NCBI GenBank assembly: GCA_051294905.1
Contig: CM119382.1
Span: 11,036,001-11,100,000 of the forward strand
Length of the DNA: 64,000 bases
Source: Botryllus schlosseri
Lineage: Eukaryota
Reading direction: 5' to 3'
The position numbers and the translations under genes were made by a program. The notes beneath the pieces are model-generated. The model saw nothing but the letters and a program-made list of their open reading frames with translations, did no database searches and was not told the origin of the DNA. The stretch's first letter is position 1, and every line of letters begins with the position of its first letter. Shown piece by piece: positions 38,971 to 52,774 of the stretch.

Positions 38971-41900
38971 CGTACAAGCGTACAAGTGCACCATCGCAAC
39001 CGCTCACACTTACATCTTACGACCTTAACGACGCGTGACTACACGGTTCGCTACCGCCGCATTCTACGTTGTAACGTCACAAAGGAACACGACTCGTCGC
39101 CCTTGCATATCGTGCCTTGCGCAAATACGCCGAATTTCATATCCGATTTGGTGATGATAGAGCCGATGTCGCGATGGTGGCAGCATAAAAGATTCGCGGT
39201 CCATATATAATCGCTTTCGCCGGGTTTCCTGTAAAAGTGTTGACACGGTCGAGATTATATCGGGCCGTCTCTCCGCGCATTGTTAGAATTTCAAAGCGAA
39301 AAAGAGATTAGAGATCGAAATAGCTGTAAGTGGTCCGGCCGCACACAAATAACTGACAATGAAAGGCATTCGAATGCTCTCTACCAAACTGTATAGTGTA
39401 TAGGACCGCCAATTTTGTGTGTTCCCTGTGTATATCCCAGCGGTTACCTCTTTTAGTTTGTGCTCTGCGGGAATTAGGAATCTGTCATCTCCCGGTATAA
39501 TCAGGATTATTAATGTGTTTTATGCATAATTTCGCATGTCTGATGTCGATATTAACGGCATATGATGTCTGCGACAGCGTGTTTTTAGCACACAATCGAT
39601 ACGCGCCGAATAAACAAACCTAGACGCATAGATTACGCTTCGTAATTCTGAAGACAGCCCGTTTGAGAAGTCATCCGAATAGAGCGTCGCCCATTGTGAT
39701 GTATCAAACGCGCTGTATCAAATGTGCGCGCGCACTCGAGAATGGCAACGTCTCGCGATTTTCTCAAGAGCTCCATACGGGCGATACTTGAAACTGTGAA
39801 ACGAATCGTGGACATGACACATATGTTGAGTAAATCTGCGCTAAAATAGAAGCCACTGTAATACAATAAGCGGGCGGGTTTGGTGACAATTTCGATGTGA
39901 AGGACCGCTTTTTATCTTAGATACTTTGCGCGTAACGGTGTTGCGTTTCTTATGTGAGGTCGTCGATAATGCTAATGTTTGTGTTGCGCGGAACTATCCG
40001 TGGTGGCAACATATTTCGCTTTGATGACGGGTCTTATATCCCCCAGTCGAATTCCAGTTCTTAATCTAATCGAGCAGGGCTTTTTTCCATGAAAAATGCA
40101 TGACTTTACCGCGCGGGTCGACAAATTTTGTTATCCCACCGGAAAAAATGTTGTTTTTGCCTCGAAAAAATAAGACCGAGCCTTTGCATTATTTATGACC
40201 GCGAACACGGTTCGGGTGATTTAAAACGGTAGCCGTCTCTCCGTGTCCTTGCTGACAAAATCTGTTAGCGGTGACTCTGGGTTAGACTGGACAGTGTGGT
40301 AGCGTGCGATCGGATGGATCATGGTAAAAAAACGGTTTGTGGGATTTTATCGTGAAAAAAACTGGTGGGGATGAGTTTGTTGGCACTTGACAATAATCTG
40401 TACCGTGTACTCCAGAGTATGTTCAATTGTTCACTGCTTACAGTTCTTACTGCTTAGAGTTGCGTGGACTTTATTACGAGCATGTGACACTAGAGCGTGT
40501 GGGTTAAACGTAGCGTTAAGTTAGGTTTGGGGTTTGGTTAATGGATTTAATTTGGGGGTTATGGTTACTTTTTGGGTTATGAATTCACGCGGTAAAGTGT
40601 CCTATTTTGAACTGGTATTTCATTGTGTCGACTGCTTGAATGTCGGACAACAAACCTAGAATCTGGAATTCCTCATATACACCCACGTAAAAGGGAAACC
40701 CAGTTACCCACTGCCCACTACTGCATTCTCGAAGTTTTGTAACAAAAATCAAATGTAGTCGTAATCACCATCAGTCCTGTCATGCGTGCAATGTTTGCGC
40801 TCCAAAAACGAAATTTCATGGCCTCCTATATATGTTGTTCATGAATAATGTATAAGGGCTGACTGCCGGTATGAATCACATTGTTTTGATATCCGGCTAC
40901 CGTTTGTCGTGATCGAGTCGAGATCCCATTCTGAAAAATAGTCCTTGCATTCGACTGTTAATGATTCATTATCATGACTATCATGTATTGGTGTTTGTTA
41001 TGCTGTTGCGTGGTGGCATGGTCACTTTTCGAATTGGAAATGTCGGAATGCATGTTATATCGTTCGAAGTAGAGTAGCGTTTATGTAGCAGAGGTGCTGT
41101 GTTTTTTATTGGATAGTGAGTATCTACAGATTTTTCTAGTGTGATATACCATCATGCCGTTGAATACTATCCTCCCATGATACACTCCATCTCCATTTAA
41201 AATCACTGCCATGACCCGGCACTTTTGTGCGCTACCATTTTGGAGCATCACAATATTTTGTTAGTTAATTCCAGAAAAAATAGTGTCGCATTGTGGTGAT
41301 TATCGAGGGAATCCGGCGTCACCTGCGCCACGCATCGAGACTTTGTACGGTCCATAGATAGCGGCGGTGCGTTTCAAGGATAGGCGGCGTTCACAATGGA
41401 TAAAGCGATAGAGTCGCCAATCCTTTATGTTTATATCATCAATCCGCTGTATTAGCAAGATACCGTTACACAATGTTCACATCTGGCCTTAGTTATCATC
41501 ATACAATGCTGCAAATGAATGCGGTTAACTTTGTATGTGTGACGTCACATTCGTTGCGGTCAGAATGGTTGACTATGACTGTACTGTAAACTTGGAATCA
41601 GCGTGATATAGTTACGGTGTTGTATCTTTTGTACGTTGTCAAAAATTCTCGCCCGTGTTCCCGTTATTGTTTTGGCTTCACGCTCGATTATGCCTACCTA
41701 TATCTTCGTGAAAGCGCGCAAGGCATTCTCATGACTGCGAACACTGCTAGGCGTGTTTTAAGTGGACTTGTTATGGGATAAAGTGTGATTTTACCGACGC
41801 CACTTCAATATCTGCGGACACCTGGATAGCGCCACACATCGCAAGACATTGTCGATATAGACATATTTCATCGTTTATTTCAGTATGTTCGGTAGCGCAT

Positions 41901-44900
41901 TCTTTCTCTGTTCGTTACAATGAGTCGACAAGTGTGCGGGAATGATTGCATTTTTTGTGAGTTCATACGCCCTGGGCAAATTGACTTATACAATTTTTGA
42001 TAAAAACATGAAATTGGCGAAATATGCACATAATCTGCGTTAGGCTATTGTAAAATAGTGTCAACCGTGAGTCAATATATACGGAGCGCCTTTTTGATTT
42101 ACCGTATAAGGCGCGCGACCGCCGAAATAATAGAGAAAATGGTAATTGATGTCAGGTGTATTGTTTAAATCGGGACACGGCGATTTGTGTTTTGCGGCCG
42201 TGCCGAATACCTCTTTTGTTTCCCAAACATCAAACGCGCGTGGGGGTGATGCGCCGCTCGGAAATTGGGGGTAATTTCGTGCCTTAAATTGCTCCCTGAC
42301 CCGAAAATCTGATACACTGTGTCGGGGCCCGGTGTCGCGTTACTGATTTTTGGAAATGGAATCGCTATGCCGTAATAGTGTCATTAACGATTGTGTGTAT
42401 AAGCGCGATAGGTTTTGTAATGTATATCAATGCGTTAATGATATTGTATATTATTCAAAACCGGCGTCTATGCAGTCTCGCAGATGCGGTTTTGAAAAGC
42501 GCCAGTCGGTATGTCGTAAAACCGCCAACTTATTGGTCCGGTATCCACACGCTTTGCACAACTCAAAACTTAATCTCATAATGGAATCGGCAGTTTACTC
42601 TCTGTTCTGTTTGCGGATTATACTTCAGTCTCTTTGAACGCGGGAGGTTTACCTGGATGTATACAGAAAAGCTATATATATTTTCAAAACTAGCGTATTG
42701 ACGCGTAGGATATAATCCACGGTTCGGCGTGCGGGGATATGACAAACCCCAAACGACATATGTTAACAATATCGCGATTTCGGGCTGGCTTTTTAACTTT
42801 ACGTACACAGGTGGGGCTTGTTCGAGTGCTGTATTGTAAAAACACATTCAAAATAGTCCGTGTTGCCATTGCGGTTTATAAACCATTATTATCATACGGC
42901 ACTCTTTGCGCAAGAATTAGGAATCGCGGACGAATCATCGCCGCACTAAACTAGAGTTAGAGCGATCGGTCATCCGCAGTTCGGTTAAAAGTACGCGTTC
43001 CGTGCATTAAGTGGTCTCGTGTTTGCTTAGGCGATGATTCGAAGCGATGGGATCTTAGTGCGCTGGCATGGGATTGCGTAGGGAACACATCGCTCAAGTG
43101 GCCGCTATCTATATAGCTTGTGGTGTATGTATAGATTCTAACGCTTTGCTGCGCGCGGGATTGTAAAATTTCGCTTTATTTGGTCCGGCACGGACTGTAT
43201 GCGTTGTGTTCATTATTATCAATTTTACATTATACCGGTTTACGCAGTTGTAGCATTTAGCATTGTGACATGATCTGGTAGTTTCAAATATCCGTGTTCT
43301 GAGTGTTAGGTATTGTGTCGCTCGATAAGTAAATACGTTAATTGCAGGTGCCCGGCAGGCCAGCGAAGCTCTTAATTTCTGTGTGTCAATATAAATATCG
43401 TAGGGAGATTTGGGATTGGCGCTAGCCAGCGAGTCTTGCGAATGAATCGCGGTTATGGTGGCAGTGTATTGCGTGATAATCACGGCGTTACTGTATCTAA
43501 ATAAGTTCTTTGTAATTTGTACAAATGCTGTCTATAGTTAGACTGTTAGAGGATGGTGCGGTTACTGTATCGTTTCGAGTGCGCGGGCACTTCTGCGCTG
43601 TCGAATTGGAAATATATCTCACGTAAATAATTAGGTTTTGTATACAATTCGACATGGCTGTTAACTCGCCCTGTCGTTTGTCGCTTGAAAACCCGAGTAA
43701 ATTGGACGCATTCGACACGGATTAAGCTTCTAGGATTCCAGTAACCCATAAAGACATTGACAAATCGCCGGCATTAGACAGCGCCCTAGAATTTAAACTG
43801 GTGCGTAATTACGTTTCGCGTTGTGCTGCGCATTTGTGCCTCGCATTCCTTATCGGGTTGTATCTTGTAGCGGCACGTAACGCGTTTTCGGTATGAGATG
43901 ATTTTTGCGCGATAAGTTATCGTGCATGGTCGCGTAATGCATTTCCGATGGGAATTGTTATCGACCGCGTTTCGTCAACGGTGAGGGTGTATGGAGACAG
44001 AAATTAGCTCGATCTATGTTTGGATAAATACGTTATCTGTAATCTGATGCATCGCGTGTATGTCAACCAGTGATCCAGTCTGCCCGAGGCTTTTAATGAA
44101 ATATTAGACGACGAATCGTATCTTTGTCTAAGTTTACGAATATTTTAGTCGTGAAAAATATGTCCGAAAAAACAAGGAGTGTTACGTTTATGGTTTCGTT
44201 TATAGCTTTTCGAATTTCAGTAAGAGCGACCTGCAGAACAGCGCACTCTGTGCGTCCGGGGTTTAATGGGATGCTGTGAGTCACGGCGCGGTGTCTCGGC
44301 GGACCGTAAATCGCCCTAGCGCGCACATGTCACTTTTGCGGAAGACGTGATAATATTCGGAAAATGTCATTTTTACGTCTTTACCGTTCGATCGCTTGTC
44401 ACCCGTGGAAATTAACTGCTCGTGACAGCGGCGCGGGTCCGTACACCCGCACTAACGCATCGCGGGTATCGAATTCGCGCGAATTATAATCGCGACGGGT
44501 CCTGTTCCCGATAAGGACGGCGAAATGCGGGCAATTATGCGCGGATACACGCGGAAAAGTGCGCTATCTCGCAAGTGTTGTTAGCCGTATCGGATTTCCA
44601 GCGGCCCGCAACTAACATGTAATTGTAGCCGCGTGAAACATCACTCAGTCGGGCTTGAAGAAAATTGCGTTGTTGCCGTAGTCGCGCGGTGATATCACCC
44701 CTGACTTATTGTAATAGCGCGATATTATGTAGTCAGTCTGGACATGTAATAACTGGTGGAGAAAATGAAGCGATTGTGTTACGCAGTACTGTGAAATTTT
44801 TTCTAGTCCTGTCTGCCGGGTGGGTTTTACTATCAGTGGGATCAATACAGATCGAAATCGCGAGTTTTATGGCATGTTTGATCGGTTAGTAATAAGAGCT

Positions 44901-47900
44901 TCAAGTGAATAACGACACTGTGTTTGTGGCTAGTTGAGGATTCAGCGCAGTGACAGTACGGACCAAATTAGATTCTGACGGCTGATTTGATATTTTCGAG
45001 TTGAACTGCGCCGGTTTAGGATATCAGCCTCGAATTCGAGCCGCTATCGTGTCCGGATCCGGTATATTCACGTACGAAATCTAATATCTAAATCCGGCCG
45101 AAATCCACCGCTTTATTCAATCCCCGACAGCGTAGCGCATCTCGAAAATAAGAGCGATAATTGTCACTCTTGAATGAGGGTTATTAGTGAAGCGTGAAGA
45201 TATTCGGTGATGTATGTCATCCGGACTCCGTTACCGTTTTCACGGAATTAGGTTAGATTTTAGGCAGCCCCTCACCGGAGACAAATTAAATCAGCAGTAC
45301 CAGTACTATGCAAGAAGCACAGGTTCAAGTTAGTGCAAAAGTCCGACCACCGGTACGGTACACACAAGGCCTTTCTGTTAGGCAGGTGCGCTCTGTTTTC
45401 AGCGTCTGAAATTCCAGCTAGTGTTCTAGGGAGAAAGTGCGCTGACGGTGTGAACTTTTCTAGACTCCGCCGTGTAGGATGTGACTATCAACATAGCCGT
45501 ATTCACTTTCGTTCAATCAATCCCGGGATTGATTAATCCAACTATTCAATGGACCCGTCGACTAATCCAGACGGACGCGATATCCAATACTTGTTTTTCT
45601 GACGGCACTGTCGCTATGTCGTGTTGCAGCGAGCGGAAGGGATATTTGTACTGAAATAGACTTTGTCGTTGCGTCTATAGTTAGGTAGCAGGCACGGCGA
45701 AGGCCGCAATTAACGGCTATTAGCGTATAACCGTCAGTCCCGTTTGTCGAAGAAGCGTTGTTTATGACGCGTTTTAGTGTAATTGTTGGTTTGCTTCATT
45801 ACCGCGTGAAACCAATTCGGCAGTACGGCTTGGAATCTTGAATACAGTGGTCTTTAGACACTTTAACGTAACGCAGTCTTGTTGACTGTCTCTTAACCGC
45901 GGTTCTATCCTAGAGTTAGTCAATGTAATTCGGGCTTTTAGGGTATTGAATTACGGTGTCGTAAACAATTGGTTTTTGTAAACAATGTGACGTACCGTCG
46001 CGGTGTTAGTCATCGGTTGTAAATACCTTGTCGGGTCTGTGTGCGTTTGTGCGTCGGTCCGCATTACCAACGGAGCAATTGTTTTAGTAAGCAGGTATTG
46101 AACATTTTTATAGCATATGAAATCTGTGCCGGTAGCGGTTGTGTGTGAAATACGGTGACGTACGATTTGAATAATTCGATCTAATCCTCTTATATATCAC
46201 GAGTCGATGTAGCGCTTAATGAGACCATGTTTAAACTGCTACATTGTATATTTATACTTTCGATATTTGCCCTGTCGAGATATATAACGCGGTCCGTTTC
46301 CCACAGATTTGCAGACGTGAGGTGTCCGTTTGTGTGCGACTTGTCGTTGATAGCGCGTAATTCTGATTTGGACGTAGTTCTGGCTCAGGAATGATTTATA
46401 GCGCCCGATGTAGTGTAGCAGCGCGCTGTAGCAGGATATACAGGAAGATTAATGTGACTGGACTACGCCAATTGGAATTCGCAATCGGGCACGTATGCGC
46501 GCCATTTTAACGCGAAAGCTGTCGATGGATATTAAAATCGTGTTTGATAACTTGATATTAATGTGCCGGCCAGTGTTTTAGCGGGGTGTCGCTGAGTAAT
46601 TGCTCAAAATTTCCGAACACTTGAGCGAGATTGGATTAACGGATGAATCGGACCAAGTGTACAGCGGGGCGGCGTAGTGATTACAGGAGACTGTTGTTTG
46701 GGTAGCGGCGAGTAGATCCTTTTTTCTTTCCATTCCTCGCCAGATACACAATGAAGTGCCGAATATTCTGCGCTGGCTTTTGTTTTTAGCGGTATTAGAG
46801 CCGTGTCGATAGTTGAAACTTTTTTAGCGAATCCGCGCTGGTGTTTTTTCGAGAGTCATTCGACGCCGGGCAATTGTGCGATCGGGTGAGAGAACTTTGC
46901 CGCGCGGGGTCTCCGAAAATCTTTCATTCCAGATCAGTCAGTGTTGAGGTATGGCAGTATCCATAGGCGACCTTTCTGCTTGGATTAGCCCGGTTAGAGT
47001 GCAGATACACGGGAAGTTATGCGTTGTGGAAAGTTGTAACAGTAGCATAGTGGAATGCAGTCTGCGTTCTGCTACCCCGCAGCGTTTATTCAAATGTATT
47101 CCGGCCGTTCTAAATGTCGCGTCGAGCGCGCCCAGCGTGCCGCTGCCGTAATTCCGTTTTTAATCGGATAAAGGGTGAAATAAGCTAAACAGACAGGCCA
47201 TATGTTACTTTTTTATTTAAGCGATTGTTACTCTATTCCGTGTCACATCATGTTACTTCACGGTCTTTAGAGCGTACCTGATAAACTCATCGATTTGTCA
47301 GAAGAATATATTTCAGCGCTACCTCACACGATAGTAACTAACGCTTCGGTTATGCATCAGTGTAAGGTTACCGTTGGACTTATCGTGATGAAGTTCTAAG
47401 GTATATATGTAATTTGTAAGTGTCAGATAGGTTCGAGAACGCTATTAGTACCAGCGAGATAGTGCAGTTAATCTCGAGATTGTAATGCATCTATGCCACG
47501 GTCGAAGTTTTGAGGTGATAGATCTTGGGGCGGTGACAACGTTTGGTTATTTATTACGGAAGAATTGTGCTAGACTTGCCGAACCGGTGGGATGTGTTCG
47601 CTGTACACATTGCTGTAAAAACCTTGCGAAATATCACCCGGTAATCTGTCGGCGGAACATTGTATGTGCGTAGCTGTACGTAGCTCCTACCGGATTGCAT
47701 GCGAGATTAACACTGGGACGACCTCGTCGCATTGTCGCAAAGTGCCTATTAACGAAGATTTCCTGTGTTAGCAGAGTCTAATAGGATAAATACCATGGTT
47801 TAAGACTCGATTCTTTTGTAACAATCGCCGGTACGTGCAAAGACCCCACGGATATTCAACCAGTCCGGAAGTACGCATCGCATGCGATAAAAATCAATCG

Positions 47901-47941
47901 GGAACGGCCGGTTGGCTATTCTTTGTCGAGATATAATCGCC

Positions 47942-48026
47942 ATGAAATCACAATTTTTCGTCATTGTTATTTGGATATTTATTGTTAACGTCACACGAGG
48001 CGGGATATATGCGTCAGGCGCAGACG
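47942..48026 (+). CDS. ADGRL: Putative alternative first coding exon 1b: second signal peptide MKSQFFVIVIWIFIVNVTRGGIYASGAD(V), in frame with exon 5
   Basis: gccATG context, K at residue 2, hydrophobic core FFVIVIWIFIV, small residues before a likely cleavage site. Strong donor GACG|gtaagt in phase 1, matching the exon 5 acceptor (G+TC = Val). Confidence 0.7.
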
Positions 48027-49130
48027 GTAAGTTTCGTACCGATGCTTTACCCTAGGCGTATTAGCCCGCAATTTCTCCATTTATGACACGGCGGTCGAAA
48101 AATAAATAAGCCAGTTTTCGATTATATACACAGGAGCTTAACGTGTCGCGTCGGAACTGACTTCCCACGTTAATTGTAGCATGACTTGGATTAATAACGG
48201 TATTGATGACACTTGTAAACTATATCTCTGTGAGATTGCCCGGCCGAAAGCCCCATATGGCGTTAAAGTCTGTAATTTTTCCCCGCCACGTATCGATCGT
48301 AACCTAAATACGGGATCTTTTGTCTGTCGGACTATCGTAAACGGTCGTAAAGTGTGACTTGTCCCATAGTTTTTCGGTGTTTCGCCTAATGTGCGTTACT
48401 CCATACCGCGCTTTTGAAATCGTATTGATGTTAAGGCATTAAAGCAGTTAATTGGGACGCGTCGCAGTTTTTGGTGCGCGGTTTCCTTTCGCGAGAATAT
48501 TTTACGGCACGCCAAACACGCGGCAATAAAAGTGACGTCATATTGACTCTCGACTTTATGCGGGCGTGTTCGGAATTGTGGGTTTTGGCGTTTCGGTGGG
48601 AAAACACTAGCATTTTTGGTGGGAATGTGTGTTACACTGGTGGCGGTGTTTATCTTCCAAACCGTGCTTAGCCAACCTGTTCTGTTCGAGGGCGGCGCGT
48701 CTATTTGCCAATAACAACATTCTTGAATCTGTACGCGATTTGTCTCCAAGATACTCGCTACCATTCTGAAGCCGAGCCGCCCCGATGTCTGCCTTGTATT
48801 GGAAATAGGCTTCTGAATATTTTCCCTCTAAATACGTGAGTCACGCCACTGCGATATCCCGCTTCACTGTCGCAGAAATTTAGTTTGTTTCGCCTCGTAA
48901 TTCGATATGCCTCCTTTTTATTTATGCGCGGCGCGTATTAACCCATTTTTATCGACGAAAACCCGAGTTCATTCGCCGCCGCGCAGATGTCTTCAATGAA
49001 CACCACTCGAGGATCGCCGAGAGCGTGCTACGTCACAATCAAATCTGTTACGTCGCATGGTTTGCTAACGTTAATCGAAATAATGCACATGCTATAATCG
49101 ATTGAATACAATGTTTTTTGGTTCTCTGCT

Positions 49131-49231
49131 AGTTGATGAAGATTACTCAGCCGAGAATATTCGGGCTTATTTCAATATGACTATGTTAATCAATCAATTG
49201 TGTATTGAAGTTCTGTACCTCCAAGAAGCTC
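49131..49231 (-). mobile_element. Family A arm, terminus followed by TTAA
   Basis: cagccgagaatattcggg...ttgaagttctgtacctccaagaagctc|ttaa. Confidence 0.75.
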
Positions 49232-50051
49232 TTAAATGCTACAATCAAGCATAACCCCGTTTATATTCACAATGCCGCGGCGATGCGATTAATTCATTGC
49301 GCTTTTGTGCTAGTTAGCTGGTCGGTAAGCGGACACCCCGGCGAGATTGTTGACGGTCTAGCGCAAATAATTCTTCTTAATTACGATCGTTATTTGCCGG
49401 GATCAGAGAGCCGTTTGATGTCGCGGTGTTTATACGCAACAAAATATATTTGCTCAAACAAAAAGCGCTATAGCGATAGATTGTTTCATCGCCCGCCGCG
49501 GTGTATATACTGTATATGCCCCGATTCACACTCGTATGGCCCGGTTGTGCAACCGATGCATTGTGTGAATTCTTTGAGTTACAACCAGGGAAATGGACTT
49601 GGACGGGAGCCTGAAATCCAGCAATGGTTCTAGGTTTTGACATATATGTGATATAGCTATTATGAAAAATCAAGTAAGTTGTAAAATCTCTCGAAAAGTA
49701 TCAGTTTTTCGATTCATACCCCCACTGATATCAAGATGTAACTGCGCCTAAGCGTTAGCAGTCTCTCAGGGCTCCTCCTCGCCATCTGATCCGCGTAAAC
49801 GGCGTCTTAAAATGCCCAGAAGTGGACCGTGCTGCAAATCGGCAGGTTCGGAATCATAATAAAGAATATCGGCCTGGTGTAAATAACCATTGTACCACAC
49901 ACCACAAACAACAACTGCGACCATGCACGTTCCAAAATTGTACCACACACCACAGTCTGAAAGATGATAGTGGAATATCACAATCGGTGCGCGATGCGCC
50001 CTGGTCACAATCCTCATACTCGTTTATTAACTACGTTGATTTATCTTGCAG

Positions 50052-50160
50052 TCATCTCATGCCCCGGAAAATTACGCAGCGTCGCCTTACCCACGCAAAA
50101 GAAAACGCCTTTAGAGAACGACGCGGCCTGGATGAGGGACCCCTACCAAGTGTCCGAAAG
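50052..50160 (+). CDS. ADGRL: Exon 5: olfactomedin start (IISCPGKLRSVALPTQKKTPLENDAAWMRDPYQVSE-R)
   Basis: tcttgcag|TC ... GAAAG|gtaagt. CPGxL and AWxxDP motifs. Confidence 0.95.
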
Positions 50161-50417
50161 GTAAGTCGAAATCGCATATGGTCGCAGGCAACTGTCGGAC
50201 TGGTGGTAATCCTTTCAAGCGAAAACATTCGTCATCGCTTAACCTGTCTGAGGTGGCTTGGTCATGTTTATAGATGACTGATTCCCGTCGATAGACTCGC
50301 ACGAAAATTCGCGGTAACCAGCGGCACTGATTTTTTAAGTCGATCTTCCGCCAACTGCCTTTGCGTGCCACACAAGTCGACTTGCAATAACAACACGTAG
50401 GAAGCAATATATTTGGC

Positions 50418-50620
50418 GAATTTAAGTAGCTTAATATGGAACACGTTCGGAAATAACGCTGGATATTATACTGTAGAGACCGTCCGTCATGGCGGTATTT
50501 AACAATATTCCTTATTAGACACAACCTGAAATGAATTTGAGGAATTTAAGTAGCCTAATATGAACCACGTTCCGGTAAAATGCTGAATATTACTGTACAG
50601 ACCAACCGCCAGGGTGGTAT
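50418..50620 (+). repeat. Diverged tandem duplication, period ~124 bp
   Basis: gaatttaagtagc(t/c)taatatg...cacgttc...gctg(g/a)atatta at 50418 and 50542. Confidence 0.75.
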
Positions 50621-50803
50621 GTGATAATTGTCCTTGTAAGACATTAATCAACACAGCACGTGTACAGTGTGTGAATATAAAATCCACCATTTATTCGGTA
50701 TTTCATTTTGGAGCTTGTCTTGTGTTGTATATTTGACTTTGGAATTCTAATGAGCAAATAATAGTATTAGTCATAAACACAATACCGATGCAACACTATT
50801 TCT

Positions 50804-50957
50804 ATTGAAATGAACCCTACTCGAAGTTGACTAGACTAGAAGTTGCTGACGATTTCCCCTGACGAGTGTCAGCCGAAAATGTCCAGGTTCACTTCAATAT
50901 GAATAGTAGAATACACTATTCAATTGTATATTGAAGTTCTGTACCTCCAAGAAGCTC
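50804..50957 (-). mobile_element. Family A arm between two copies of a 12-bp direct repeat
   Basis: agttgctgacgatttcccctgacgagtgtcagccgaaaat...gtacctccaagaagctc. AACACTATTTCT at 50792-50803 and 50962-50973. Confidence 0.8.
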
Positions 50958-51096
50958 TTTAAACACTATTTCTGTAATGCGAATTCCCTTTTCCACCGTT
51001 TGAGGTGTAAATTGACGACCCACCCTTTTCGGTAGTCATTATTCGTTTTCTTTTGTATCAAGAGCCTGCTGGTAACACGGAAATTTCGCTTTTCAG

Positions 51097-51259
51097 AGTG
51101 TTTTATATGCCTTACATGAAATTTCAAACCGCGAATCTGTACGAATACGAGTCGTTCGGGGACATGTTCGGAGGGAAGCCTATCAACTTCTACCCCATGC
51201 CGGGACAAGTGGACGGCACCGGGTTCGTGGTCTACGACAGGAGTATGTTTTTCACGCCG
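51097..51259 (+). CDS. ADGRL: Exon 6: olfactomedin (RVFYMPY...VDGTGFVVYDRSMFFTP)
   Basis: cttttcag|A ... CCG|gtaggt. VDGTGFVVYD motif. Confidence 0.96.
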
Positions 51260-52620
51260 GTAGGTTGATTCTTCTGGTATAACGGTGACCTCGCGACTCG
51301 CGCAGACGCTGCATTGTGTGTTTTCGGGACTAGGTATGCTATTCACGGGTTCGGGTCGGTATTCCCCGTAATTTGAACTGCTATGGTTGTTGTTGGGTCA
51401 AAGCTCGAATGTGACCTGGGTCATCATATTTTTAAGCGTCCTACGCAAAAGTACACAATGATCGCGATAGTCTATTGTTCCCTAAATTTGCGTTTTGCGA
51501 GTCCAAAAGTCGGTTCTCAAGCGGGAGTAGAAGTAACGTGCTAAATTTGTACCTAAGTATCGATTTCCAAGCATTTCCGATAAGTTTTGCCTAAAAAACT
51601 GACAACTGTTGAGCAGAAGAGGAAGTAATCTGACGTCATAACCGCTTGAACAAGTATAGAAGTACGTGGTGCACATCTGGTTATTTGTTGCTAATTTGTT
51701 GGGGTTGCTAATCATTTGGCATCGCTTTTGATTACTGATTAGGCATTTCTGTGCCACCTACAGTTCTACGCTGCCGCGGATATGTTCGATTTTGCCACAG
51801 CGTAATTTATCGCGCGACGCAGTGACACTGTGGTCCTGCGGCAGTACATTTATCCTATAGGTAGCGACTCGTTCCCACAATCAAATGTTTCAATTTTGAA
51901 GTTCCTCGCCGACGATTAAATTCGGTCTTATCGCATTTACCGCGAGTTTTCTTGATAATTTCTGGGAGGTTCCGCGTCGTAATCTCCGCGATACGAATGA
52001 CCGCGCGTTTTCACGCGTGATAAAGCCGATACTCCTCGACGCGCGCACTTTTGTTCTAATATTCGAGGGCCGGCAACCGTACAAATACCCGTTTTTTCGA
52101 CCGTGATGCACAACCGAATATGCATCACTGAAACCTCTTCGGAATAATTGGGACAACACAGTCTCGGTCAACAGTCATTTGAGCATGGGACATAATGAAA
52201 AACGATAGTTGAACATGCGAAGTTTGAGCATGTCACTTTATAACCCCAAAACTAACCCTTGCCCTACCCTAAACAAACCCCGACCTCAACACACATGCTA
52301 AAGTGCCGCATGCTCATCGTCGCGGTGGAATCAAATTCAAGTTTGTAGATCCATTTTTCGAATTTATAGGAAATCAAGTAGTTCTAAAACTTCCATTTTT
52401 CGTCCGTATCGTGGTGATGTTTATCAAATTGTTTTAAAGTCAACCGTGGTGAAGACATCACTGAAAGAGAATGAACACCTTCTAAAAATATGTAAAATGG
52501 ACATCTAAGATATGGACACCACACGACCCAGAGTTTCGCCACAGCGCTAAACTAATAAACTCTCTACTTACTTCCGACACGTACTCAGACATTACAAGGA
52601 AATATTCTGAATTAAATAAA

Positions 52621-52750
52621 ATACGATTGTTGATATACGATGTTCTTTTGAAATCTCTACTAGTTGCTGACGATTACCCCTGACGAGTGTCAGCCGAAAA
52701 TATTCGGGTTCATTTCAATATGAATATACCTTTCAATTGTATAAAATTTC
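52621..52750 (-). mobile_element. Family A copy ending ~25 nt upstream of the exon 7 acceptor
   Basis: ctactagttgctgacgattacccctgacgagtgtcagccgaaaatattcgggttcatttcaatatgaatata. Confidence 0.85.
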
Positions 52751-52774
52751 ATTGATTTTTCATTCGTTTCGCAG

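Noticed and set aside
40983-41072. Hydrophobic mini-ORF MYWCLLCCCVVAWSLFELEMSECMLYRSK*
   Set aside because: No usable donor. Hydrophobicity is explained by TG-rich intron composition.
48625-48714. Signal-peptide-like MCVTLVAVFIFQTVLSQPVLFEGGASICQ*
   Set aside because: No canonical phase-1 GT donor before the stop, so it cannot join exon 5, unlike 47942-48026.
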